Source: Candidatus Rokuibacteriota bacterium
GTDB taxonomy: Bacteria > Methylomirabilota > Methylomirabilia > Rokubacteriales > CSP1-6
Length of the DNA: 64,000 nt
Direction of reading: 5' to 3'
Assembly (NCBI GenBank): GCA_003220345.1
Contig: QHSC01000101.1
Location: 5,693 to 69,692, forward strand
The position numbers and the translations under genes were made by a program. The notes under the pieces are model-generated. The model had not been told where the DNA came from. It saw nothing but the letters and a program-made list of their open reading frames with translations, and made no database searches. Positions 9,047-17,548 of the stretch are shown here, in pieces. Numbering within the stretch: the stretch's first letter is position 1; the number at the start of each line of letters is the position of its first letter.

Positions 9047-10255
9047 GTGTCCGTCCTCGGCGGCCTCAAGGTCCTCGACGTCGGCACCTGGCTGGCGGGG
9101 CCGGCGGCGGCCACCGTCATGTCCGATTTCGGCGCCGACGTCATCAAGATCGAGGCGCCCGAGGGCGGGGACACGTACCGCAAGCTCCAGGACCTCCCCG
9201 GCATTCCCCGGAGCGACGTCGAGTACTCGTGGCTCCTTCCCTCGAGGAACAAGCGCAGCGTTGCCCTCGACCTGACCACCCGCGAGGGGCGTGACATCCT
9301 GCTCGCCCTCGTGCGGCGCTCCGACGTCCTCGTCACCAACTTCGTGCCGGAGCGGCTGGCCCGGCTCAAGCTCACCTGGGAGGACGTCAGCGCCGAGAAC
9401 CCGCGTCTCGTCTTCGCCGCGCTCACCGCCTACGGCGAGGTGGGGGCGGAGGCGAGCAAGACGGGCTTCGATCTCAACGCGTGGTGGGCGCGTACCGGGC
9501 TCATGGATCGCGTGCGGGCCGTGGGCGCCCCGCCCGCCCGCTCGATGCCGGGCATGGGCGATCTTCCGACCGCCATGGCGGTGTTCGGCGCCATCATGAT
9601 GGCGCTCTATCACCGCGAGCGCACGGGCCGCGGCTCCAAGGTCTCGACCTCACTCATGGCCAACGGCGCCTGGGCCAACAGCTTCCTGATCCAGGCCGCC
9701 CTCTGCGGGGCCGCCTTCGCCGAGCCGCTGCCGCGGGAGCGCGGCCTGAACGCGCTGACCAGCATGTACCGCTGCCGCGACGAGCGCTGGTTCGTGCTGT
9801 CCTTGCTCGCCGAGGACAGGGCGTGGGAGCCGTTCACCCGGGCCATCGAGCGCCCGGATCTCCGCGAGGATCCTCGTTTCAAGCGGCAGGGCGACCGCCG
9901 GGCCAATTCTCAAGCGCTCATCGCCATCCTGGACGCGGTCTTCGCCGAGCGCGACTGGGAGGAATGGCGCGCGCGCCTGGACGCCGAGGGACTGACCTTC
10001 GGGGCGATCGCGACCGTGGCCGAGGCCACGCGCGATCAGCAGATGGCGGCGGCGGGGGTGATCGTCCCCTTCGACGACGCGGGCGTGCCGGGGCTCCGCA
10101 CCGTGTCGAGTCCCATCGCCATGCAGGGGGAGACCAAGACCACGCCGAGGCGCGCCCCGCGGCTGGGCGAGCACACGGACGAGGTGCTGCGCTCCCTCGG
10201 CCACGACGACGCGGCAATCCAGGCCCTGCGCGCGCGCGGCATCATCGGCGGCTAG
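9047..10255 (+). CDS. CoA transferase family III (CaiB/BaiF-like)
   Basis: GTG 9047 sits just after the upstream TGA. LKVLDVGTWLAGPAAATVMSDFGADVIKIE is the hallmark N-terminus. The C-terminal GEHTDEVL motif is present. Confidence 0.9.
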   Translation: MSVLGGLKVLDVGTWLAGPAAATVMSDFGADVIKIEAPEGGDTYRKLQDLPGIPRSDVEYSWLLPSRNKRSVALDLTTREGRDILLALVRRSDVLVTNFVPERLARLKLTWEDVSAENPRLVFAALTAYGEVGAEASKTGFDLNAWWARTGLMDRVRAVGAPPARSMPGMGDLPTAMAVFGAIMMALYHRERTGRGSKVSTSLMANGAWANSFLIQAALCGAAFAEPLPRERGLNALTSMYRCRDERWFVLSLLAEDRAWEPFTRAIERPDLREDPRFKRQGDRRANSQALIAILDAVFAERDWEEWRARLDAEGLTFGAIATVAEATRDQQMAAAGVIVPFDDAGVPGLRTVSSPIAMQGETKTTPRRAPRLGEHTDEVLRSLGHDDAAIQALRARGIIGG

Positions 10256-10259
10256 TCTC

Positions 10260-10351
10260 GGGGTCAGGTCTCACAATCCAACATTTCGTGCCCGGGCTCC
10301 GACTGTGTAAGCGGCCCCGAGGTCCGATGTCACATTGTGAGACCTGACCCC
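10260..10351. repeat. 92-bp element bounded by a perfect 18-bp inverted repeat (GGGGTCAGGTCTCACAAT / ATTGTGAGACCTGACCCC)
   Basis: Arms are at 10260-10277 and 10334-10351 with a 56-nt centre. An extra ACAT/ATGT pairing lies inside. The element sits in the 109-bp gap between convergent genes (stops at 10255 and 10365). Confidence 0.85.
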
Positions 10352-10364
10352 ATCCACGAGTTCT

Positions 10365-11093
10365 CTAGATCTGCTTCCAGAGGAACTCGGCCTTGCCCAT
10401 GCGCGAGCGGATGGAGGAGGCGTAGCGCTGGTAGGCGCGGCTGGTGACGCCGGGATGCCATTGAGACGGCCGGGGGAGGGAGGCCGCGACGAGTGCCGCC
10501 TCGTCCTCGCCGAGATCGGCCGCGGGCTTGCCAAAATACCTCTCGGCGGCGGGGCCCACGCCGTAGATGCCCGGCCCCAGCTCGATCACGTTGAGATAAA
10601 GCTCGAGAATGCGCCGCTTGGACAGCGAGCGCTCGAGCTGCCAGGTCAGGATCGCCTCCTTCACCTTGCGGAGCGGGTTGCGGCTCGATGAGAGCCACAG
10701 ATTCTTTGCGAGCTGCTGGGTGATGGTGGAGGCTCCGCGCGCCGCCTCCTTCTTGTCGTCGAGGGCCTCCTCGAAGGCGCTTCGGATCTCGCCCCAGTCG
10801 AAGCCGCCATGGGAGAAGAAGTTGATGTCTTCGGCCACGAGGACCGCGCGCTTGAGGTGAGGTGAGATCGCCGCGTAGGACGTGAAGCGAAAGGCGACGC
10901 GCGGCTGGCGTCCTGCCTGGTGCTCTCGTTCCTTGTAGCGCTCGATGAAGGCCGTGGTCACGGGGGCGCGAGTCCCGAGCGCCTTGACGTCGGGCCACGT
11001 CACGGTCTCCCACGTGAGCCAGACGACGAGGGCGAGGACGCTCAGGAGGAGGAGTCGGCGCCAGAGCCGTCCTAAGAGGGAGCGCCGAGCCAC
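10365..11093 (-). CDS. mtgA: monofunctional biosynthetic peptidoglycan transglycosylase
   Basis: GT51 motifs EDINFFSHGGFDW, GASTITQQLAKNL and RKVKEAILTWQLE. A GTG start at 11093 gives 242 aa with an N-terminal TM helix. The longer ORF to 11339 overlaps the upstream gene. Confidence 0.9.
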   Translation of the reverse strand: MARRSLLGRLWRRLLLLSVLALVVWLTWETVTWPDVKALGTRAPVTTAFIERYKEREHQAGRQPRVAFRFTSYAAISPHLKRAVLVAEDINFFSHGGFDWGEIRSAFEEALDDKKEAARGASTITQQLAKNLWLSSSRNPLRKVKEAILTWQLERSLSKRRILELYLNVIELGPGIYGVGPAAERYFGKPAADLGEDEAALVAASLPRPSQWHPGVTSRAYQRYASSIRSRMGKAEFLWKQI

Positions 11094-11095
11094 CG

Positions 11096-11620
11096 TCAGG
11101 CTGGTGTGACTCCGACGCGGTGTCGCTGGGCGAGGGCCTGGTAGCCCTTGGGGTTCATGGCCACCCAGCGCTCGGCGGGCGTCCCCGCGAGCGGGCCCCT
11201 GACCTTGCAGGGCGAGCCCAGCGCGAGCACGCCGTCCGGGATCTCGGTGCCGGGCGTCACGAGCGAGCCCGCCCCGATCATGGCGCGCACGCCGATCTTC
11301 ACGCCGTCGAGCACCGTCGAGCCGTTGCCCACCAGGCATTCCTCGCCGAGGGTGGCCTGATGGATCAGGCAGAGATGGCCAACCGTCGAGCCCGCGCCGA
11401 TGTCAGAGCCGCCGGCCGGGGTGACATGGATGACCGAGCAGTCCTGCACGTTGGCGCCGCGACGGATGACGATGGGCGAGAAGTCGGCGCGGACGACGGC
11501 GTTGTACCACACCGAGGCATTCTCCTCGACGGTGACGTCGCCGATGAGGACGGCGGTGGGGGCGATGAACGCGGTCGGGTGCACGCGCGGCGACTTGCCT
11601 TCGAATGCGAAGAGCGGCAT
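11096..11620 (-). CDS. gamma-carbonic-anhydrase-like / hexapeptide-repeat (LbH) protein
   Basis: 174 aa starting MPLFAFEGKSPRVHPTAFIAPTAVLIGDV, with left-handed beta-helix hexapeptide repeats. ATG (cat on the + strand) at 11618-11620. The rest of the 624-aa ORF to 12970 is antisense to the PKS gene and is rejected. Confidence 0.85.
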   Translation of the reverse strand: MPLFAFEGKSPRVHPTAFIAPTAVLIGDVTVEENASVWYNAVVRADFSPIVIRRGANVQDCSVIHVTPAGGSDIGAGSTVGHLCLIHQATLGEECLVGNGSTVLDGVKIGVRAMIGAGSLVTPGTEIPDGVLALGSPCKVRGPLAGTPAERWVAMNPKGYQALAQRHRVGVTPA

Positions 11621-11701
11621 GAGAGTCTCCTTTCGTGTCGTTCCGTGTTCCATTACACCCGCTCGGTGGACAGGGCAAGGGGGCGGGTGTAGCCTCGCGA
11701 C

Positions 11702-12727
11702 ATGGGGACGCCGAGAATCGTCGCGGTGTCGACCGCCACTCCCCGCCACCGCTTCGACCAGGCCACCCTCCTCCGCATGGCCGGCTACGAGGATTCCCGC
11801 CGCGCGGGCTTCTTCGCCAACAGTGAGATCGACGGCCGCCATCTCTACCTCGACCCCGAGACGTTCACCCCGCGAGAGAGCGTGGACGAGCTGAGCGAGC
11901 GCTTCCGCCGCGGCAGCATTGAGCTGGGAGCGGAGGCCGTTCGGCGCGTCGTGGAGCGGGCGGGATGGGATCTCGCCGACGTCGACTTCCTCGCCACCAC
12001 GACGTGCACGGGCCGGCTCTGCCCGAGCCTCGACGCGCACCTCATCGCCGAGCTCGGCCTCAAGGACGGCATCCAGCGCGTCCACGTGGGGGACACGGGC
12101 TGCGCGAGCGCCATGGTCGCCCTCCAGCTGGCGCACAACCACGTTCGCGCCTTCCCGCGGCACCGCGCGGTCGTGGTGGCGGTGGAGATCTGCTCCACGG
12201 CCTACTTCCTCGACGACCGGCTCGAGAGCGCGGTGGCCCATGCCATCTTCGCCGATGGCGCAGGGGCCATGGCCATCGCCGGGGAGGGGGATGGCCCCGT
12301 CATCGTCGGCCATCAGAGCCTCTTCCGCTCCGAGCACCTGGGGGCCATGGGCTTCGAGTTTCCCGGAGGGCGGCCGCGCGTCGTGCTCTCCAAGGACGTG
12401 CGGCGCATCGGCGCCGCCATGATGAAGGAGATGGCCGACCTCCTCATGGACTCGCAGGGGCTCAAGAAGGAGGACGTGCGTCACTTCGTGCTGCATTCGG
12501 CGGGCCGCCGGGTGATCGAGCAGGCGCGCCGGCTCCTCGACCTCGACGAACCGCAGATCGCCCACTCGCGGCACGTGCTGCGCCATCTCGGCAACATGTC
12601 CTCGGCCACCGTGGTCTTCGTGCTCGAAGAGACGCTGCGCTCGGGCCAGCCCGTGCCCGGCGACTGGGGGCTCATGATCGCGCTCGGCCCGGGGTTTGCG
12701 GCCGAAGGCGCGCTGCTCCGCTGGTAA
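11702..12727 (+). CDS. type III polyketide synthase (chalcone/stilbene synthase family)
   Basis: 341 aa. Cys-His-Asn triad contexts are GDTGCASAM (Cys codon 12101-12103), VLHSAGRRV and LGNMSSATV. C-terminal GPGF motif is present. Confidence 0.9.
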   Translation: MGTPRIVAVSTATPRHRFDQATLLRMAGYEDSRRAGFFANSEIDGRHLYLDPETFTPRESVDELSERFRRGSIELGAEAVRRVVERAGWDLADVDFLATTTCTGRLCPSLDAHLIAELGLKDGIQRVHVGDTGCASAMVALQLAHNHVRAFPRHRAVVVAVEICSTAYFLDDRLESAVAHAIFADGAGAMAIAGEGDGPVIVGHQSLFRSEHLGAMGFEFPGGRPRVVLSKDVRRIGAAMMKEMADLLMDSQGLKKEDVRHFVLHSAGRRVIEQARRLLDLDEPQIAHSRHVLRHLGNMSSATVVFVLEETLRSGQPVPGDWGLMIALGPGFAAEGALLRW

Positions 12728-12863
12728 GGCGCCGTGCCGATTCGCTTCGCCATGCTTCGTACTCGGTCGGCGGCGACCCTCAACGTACGAACAAGTACGC
12801 CTCGGGCCGCCGCCTCCCTCGAGCCTCGCCTGGCTCGCGACTCGGCCCGGCGCCGCAGGTGAT

Positions 12864-13580
12864 ATGAGCTTGGCGCTCATGGAACGCGCGCACGACGCCG
12901 TCGAGATGCTCGACCGACCCGCGCCCTTCTTGGACCTCTCGCAGAACCTGGAGGACATCGCGCGCTTCAATGCCTTCTTCGGCGGAACACGGCTGACCCT
13001 GCGTCACGTGAAGGGTCTCGTCGCGGACCTTCCGAGGGACCGCAGCCTGACGTTGCTCGACGTGGGCACCGGAGGCGGTGACATCCCGCGCGCGCTCGTT
13101 CGGTGGGCACGTCGTGCCGGGCGCTCCATCCGGATCTTCGCCCTGGATCGCGAGGCGGAGACGCTTCGCGCCGCCGCCGACCGCATGGCCGGCTATCCCG
13201 AGATCACGCTGATCCAGGGCGACGCGCTCGCGCTCCCCGTGCGCCCGCGCTCGGTGGACGTGGCCATCTCCGCCCTCGTGCTCCATCACCTGACGCCCGC
13301 CGAGGCCGTGGCCTCGCTTGCCGAGATGGATCGCGTCGCCCGGCGAGGGCTCGTAGCCAATGATCTCTTCCGGAGCCGGGTGGCGCATGCCGTGGTCTGG
13401 CTGACCACGCGGCTCCTCGCGAAGAGCCGCATGTCCCGACACGACGGGCCGATGTCCGTCCGGCGCGCCTACACGTGCCGCGAGGTCGAATCCCTCGCCC
13501 GGCGCGCCGCCCTCGTGAGCGTGCGCGTGCATCGCTACGCGTGGGCCTTCCGTCTCTGCGCGGTCAGGGCCAGGACATGA
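12864..13580 (+). CDS. SAM-dependent methyltransferase
   Basis: SAM motif I LLDVGTGGGDIP and motif post-I FALDRE are present. ATG 12864 (alternative 12879). The ORF part upstream of 12864 has no coding character. Confidence 0.8.
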   Translation: MSLALMERAHDAVEMLDRPAPFLDLSQNLEDIARFNAFFGGTRLTLRHVKGLVADLPRDRSLTLLDVGTGGGDIPRALVRWARRAGRSIRIFALDREAETLRAAADRMAGYPEITLIQGDALALPVRPRSVDVAISALVLHHLTPAEAVASLAEMDRVARRGLVANDLFRSRVAHAVVWLTTRLLAKSRMSRHDGPMSVRRAYTCREVESLARRAALVSVRVHRYAWAFRLCAVRART

Positions 13581-14794
13581 GTGCACGCGACGTGATCGTG
13601 GTGGGGGCGGGACCAGCAGGCGTGGCCGCGGCGATTCTCCTCGTCGAGCGCGGCTGGAGCGTGACGCTGCTCGACAAGGCCGCCTTCCCCCGTCCCAAGA
13701 TCTGCGGCGAGTACCTGTCGCCGGAGTCCGCGCGCATTCTCGACCGGCTGGGCGCCCTCAAGGCGGTGGATGAGGCGGGCGGTCAGCCGCTGCGCGGCAT
13801 GAAGATCGTGGCGCCCGACGGCACGGTGATCGTCGGCTCCTATCCCACGACGGGGCCCTGGCGCAGTCACCGGGACTACGCGCTGGCCATTCCTCGCGAG
13901 CGGCTGGACCACATCCTCGTCGAGCGGGCCCGCAGCCTGCCCGTGGACGTGCGAGAGCGCCACCGGGTCACGGAGCTCGTGAGGGAGGGCAGGGAGGTCA
14001 CGGGCGTCCACGCCCAGGATGCCGACGGCCGGGCGCTCGAGCTACGGGCCCGGCTCGTGATCGGCGCCGACGGGCGCGCCTCCGCCGTCGCCGCTGCCCT
14101 GGGATTGCTGCGTCCGCACCCCCTCCGGCGCATGGCCCTCATCCAGCACGTGGCCGGGCTCCACGGCTTCGACGAGCGCGGAGAGATCTTCGTCGATCCG
14201 CCCGACTACGCCATCCTCAATCCTGTGGCTCCCGGCCTCGTGAATCTGGGCCTCGTCGTCCCCCTGGCCCATGCCCGGCCCTTCGCGGGCCGGCTCGAGA
14301 CTTTCTTCCACGCGCGGCTGCGGCAAATGCCGCGGCTCGCCTCCCGGCTCGAGGGGATGAAGCCCGTGGGAAGCATGCAGGCCATGGGCCCGCTCGCCTA
14401 CCGTGTCAAGGCGCCAGGGGCGGGCGGCGTCATGCTGGTCGGGGACGCGGCGGGCTTCTATGACCCCTTCACGGGCGAGGGCATCTTCACCGCGCTTCGA
14501 TCCGCCGAGCTCCTGGCCGAGGTCGCGCATGCCGCCCTCGATCGCGGCACGCTCGGGGCCACGGCGCTCCGGCCCTATGTGGACGCCCGCCGCGAATGCT
14601 TCCGCGGCAAGGAGCGGCTCACCCGCGCGCTCCAGTTCGTGATCGCGCGGCGCCGGCTCGCCAACGCCGCCGCCCACGCTCTCCTGCGCCGTCCTGCTCT
14701 CCTCGATCTGCTCATGGGCGTCCTCGGGGACTTCGTCCCCCCGGCCGCTCTTGTCCGCGCCGCGCTGCCCGGCGGGCGATACCGGCCGGGTTGA
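13577..14794 (+). CDS. FAD-dependent oxidoreductase, geranylgeranyl-reductase/flavoprotein-hydroxylase family
   Basis: ATG 13577 overlaps the methyltransferase stop (ATGA). GxGxxG motif VIVVGAGPAGVAAA, CGEYLSP, and the distal LVGDAAGFYDPFTGEGI motif are present. Confidence 0.88.
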   Translation: MSARDVIVVGAGPAGVAAAILLVERGWSVTLLDKAAFPRPKICGEYLSPESARILDRLGALKAVDEAGGQPLRGMKIVAPDGTVIVGSYPTTGPWRSHRDYALAIPRERLDHILVERARSLPVDVRERHRVTELVREGREVTGVHAQDADGRALELRARLVIGADGRASAVAAALGLLRPHPLRRMALIQHVAGLHGFDERGEIFVDPPDYAILNPVAPGLVNLGLVVPLAHARPFAGRLETFFHARLRQMPRLASRLEGMKPVGSMQAMGPLAYRVKAPGAGGVMLVGDAAGFYDPFTGEGIFTALRSAELLAEVAHAALDRGTLGATALRPYVDARRECFRGKERLTRALQFVIARRRLANAAAHALLRRPALLDLLMGVLGDFVPPAALVRAALPGGRYRPG

Positions 14795-14851
14795 CACACC
14801 CGCCGCCGCCATGTCACTCTGCCGTTCGGTCTTTCGAACAGAGGTTCACAA

Positions 14852-15682
14852 ATGCGAATAGCCGCGATCACCAGGGAACCGAGCCCAGGACAGGCGCGTC
14901 CGCGCAGCCGGGACGCGGGACCCCGGGCCCTCGGCCGGGCCCTCGAGGTCCTGGAATCCCTGGCGCGGCGCCGGGATGGCGCCACCCTCTCGGGGCTCTC
15001 CCAGCGGCTGGGCTCGCCCAAGAGCAGCCTGCTTTACCTGCTGCGCCCCATGGCCCGCCTGGGCTACCTGGTGAGATCCGCCGACGGGCGCTATCAGCTG
15101 GGGCCGGCCGCCTTCACGCTGGCCATGGCCGCCCTCTCCAACCGCGAGCTTCCCCAGCTGGCGCGTCCCTTCCTGGAAGACCTCGCCGAGAAGAGCGGGG
15201 AGACGGCGCTCCTCGCCACCATGGCCAGCGATGAGCCCGTGGCCGTCTACATCGACAAGGTGGATGGCCGCGATCCCATCCGCTACACGCCGCCCCTCGG
15301 CCTTCGCCGTCCGCTCTACTGCTCGGCCATCGGCAAGCTCCTGCTCGCCCACCTCCCGCCCACCCGGCGACAGGAGTACCTGCGCACGACCAAGCTCCGA
15401 GCCTTCACGGCCCAGACGCCCGTCACGCGCTCGGCCCTGCGCCGCGCCATCGAGGAGATTCGCGCGGCGGGAGTCTCGATCTCGATGGACGAGATCGCCG
15501 AGGGCGCCGCCGGCATCGCCGCCCCCGTCTTCGATCGGCGGGGCGAGCTCCTGGCCGGGCTCGTGGTCGGGGGCCCGAGCAAGCGCCTCGCCGCCGACCA
15601 GGAGCGTCTGGGCGCCCTGGTGGTGGAGCGCGCGCGCGAGCTGTCGCGCGTCATGGGCTTCGGAGCAGAGCCAGCCTCCTGA
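14852..15682 (+). CDS. IclR family transcriptional regulator
   Basis: N-terminal wHTH (RALEVLESLA...ATLSGLSQRLGSPKSSLLYLL) and a C-terminal IclR effector domain (VSISMDEIAEGAAGIAAPV). Confidence 0.88.
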   Translation: MRIAAITREPSPGQARPRSRDAGPRALGRALEVLESLARRRDGATLSGLSQRLGSPKSSLLYLLRPMARLGYLVRSADGRYQLGPAAFTLAMAALSNRELPQLARPFLEDLAEKSGETALLATMASDEPVAVYIDKVDGRDPIRYTPPLGLRRPLYCSAIGKLLLAHLPPTRRQEYLRTTKLRAFTAQTPVTRSALRRAIEEIRAAGVSISMDEIAEGAAGIAAPVFDRRGELLAGLVVGGPSKRLAADQERLGALVVERARELSRVMGFGAEPAS

Positions 15683-15695
15683 TCCGGTCCGCCGC

Positions 15696-16208
15696 GTGAT
15701 CGCGAAGGCCTCGAGGGCGGCCGGGCTGCTCGCCGGGGTCGCCGTGCTCGTCCTCGCCGTGCTCATCTCCTTCGATGTGCTCATGCGGTACTTCCTCGAC
15801 CGCCCCCAGCTCTTCGTCGACGAGATCGGGCCCTTCCTCCTGCTCCTCGTGGTCTTCGGGGGCGCCGCGCAGACGTTCCGCGGGGGCGGTCACGTCCGCG
15901 TCGACCTCGTCACGACCCATCTGCCGCCCACGGCGCGCGCGTGGCTGCGCGTCTTCAACCTGGCCCTGGGCATCGTGTTCCTCCTGGCGGTCATCTGGGT
16001 CACCACCCGGTCCGCCCTCACCGCCTTGCACTACGGCCGTGTTTCCGCCGTCATGCTCTACCCGCTCTGGCTGCCCATGCTGCTCATTCCCGCGGGCCTC
16101 GCCCTCATGGCGGGCGCCATGGTCATCGCGCTGGGGCGCCAGCTCCGCGCCGCGCTCGGGCCCCCCGCGGGCCGCGACGAAGTGCCCCCCTCGCCGGAGG
16201 CGCGGTGA
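15696..16208 (+). CDS. dctQ: TRAP transporter small permease
   Basis: GTG 15696. About 170 aa with 4 TM helices. Motif SFDVLMRYFLDRP..VDEI. It lies directly upstream of dctM with a GTGA overlap. Confidence 0.8.
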   Translation: MIAKASRAAGLLAGVAVLVLAVLISFDVLMRYFLDRPQLFVDEIGPFLLLLVVFGGAAQTFRGGGHVRVDLVTTHLPPTARAWLRVFNLALGIVFLLAVIWVTTRSALTALHYGRVSAVMLYPLWLPMLLIPAGLALMAGAMVIALGRQLRAALGPPAGRDEVPPSPEAR

Positions 16209-17524
16209 GCGAAGCCCTCTTCGGCACGCTCCTCATCGCGCTCCTCTTCCTCCTCTTCGCGCTCGGACTCGAGATCTCGATCTCGCTCGGGCTGGCCGGC
16301 GTGATCGGCCTCCTCTACCTCAAGGGCTGGAAGGTGGGCATGGGCGTGGTGGGATCGATCGCCTGGACCAACGCCACGAGCTTCTCCTTCATCGCCGTCC
16401 CCCTCTTCGTCTTCATGAGCGGGATCCTGCTCCACTCGGGCATTGGCAAGGGCCTCTTCACCGCGGTGGCGCGCTGGGTGGGCTTTCTCCCGGGCGGGCT
16501 GGCCGTGGCGAGCATCTTCTCGTGCGCCATCTTCGCCGCGGTGTCCGGCTCCAGCGTGGCCACCGCCGCCACCATCGGGATGATCGCCATTCCCGAGATG
16601 GAGCGCCGCGGGTACGGACGGCCGCTCATCATCGGCTCCATCGCGGCGGGCGGCACCCTGGGCATCCTGATCCCGCCCTCCGTGCCCATGATCATCTACG
16701 GGGTCATGACGGAGACCTCGGTCGGCCATCTCTACATGGCCGGGATCATCCCCGGCATCGTGCTCGCCCTGATGTTCGCGATCTACGTGATCGTCTACGC
16801 GCTCATCTGGCCCGAGAAGGCCCCCCGCATGGCCGAGGACCGCGGGTCGTTCCGGGACAAGCTCCACTCCTTCGGCGAGGTGGCGCCCGTGGCCATCCTG
16901 ATCTTCGTCGTGCTCGGCTCCATGTACCTCGGCATCGTCACGCCGACGGAAGCGGCGGCGCTGGGATCCGTGGTCAGCATGCTGCTGGCCTTCTGGTACG
17001 GCAACCTCTCCTGGCGGGCGATGCGCCAGACCTTCCGGGAAACGGTGCGCACCACCTCCATGGTCATGCTCATCATCGTGTTCGCCGCGATCTTCTCCCA
17101 CGTCATCGCGCTCCTGGGCGCGCCCAAGGCCCTGCTCAACGCCGTGCTGACCCTCGGGCTGCCCAAGTGGGCGCTCTTCGCGGCGATCTTCTCCGTGCTG
17201 CTCGTCATCGCCTACGCGCTCGAGGAGCTGTCGGTGATGATCATCCTGCTCCCCATCCTCTTTCCCCTCATCACGGGCCTGGGCTTCGATCCCGTCTGGT
17301 TCGGCATCATCATGGTCGTCTGGCTCGAGATCGGCTTCATCACGCCGCCCGTCGGCCTGAACCTCTTCGTCATCCAGAACCTCATGCCCGGCGCCGGAGC
17401 GCGCGAGGTGACCGTCGGCACCACGCCGTACGTGATCCTCATGATCGTGCTCGTGGCCATCCTCTTCTTCGTCCCGGAGCTGGCGCTGTGGCTGCCGGCT
17501 CAGATGATGCCCGGTCGGCGGTAG
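16205..17524 (+). CDS. dctM: TRAP transporter large permease
   Basis: GTG 16205. About 439 aa, polytopic. DctM-like motifs (SGSSVATAATIG, GTLGILIPPS) are present. Confidence 0.88.
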   Translation: MSEALFGTLLIALLFLLFALGLEISISLGLAGVIGLLYLKGWKVGMGVVGSIAWTNATSFSFIAVPLFVFMSGILLHSGIGKGLFTAVARWVGFLPGGLAVASIFSCAIFAAVSGSSVATAATIGMIAIPEMERRGYGRPLIIGSIAAGGTLGILIPPSVPMIIYGVMTETSVGHLYMAGIIPGIVLALMFAIYVIVYALIWPEKAPRMAEDRGSFRDKLHSFGEVAPVAILIFVVLGSMYLGIVTPTEAAALGSVVSMLLAFWYGNLSWRAMRQTFRETVRTTSMVMLIIVFAAIFSHVIALLGAPKALLNAVLTLGLPKWALFAAIFSVLLVIAYALEELSVMIILLPILFPLITGLGFDPVWFGIIMVVWLEIGFITPPVGLNLFVIQNLMPGAGAREVTVGTTPYVILMIVLVAILFFVPELALWLPAQMMPGRR

Positions 17525-17548
17525 GGCAGAGTTAAACTCGGGGGCTGG

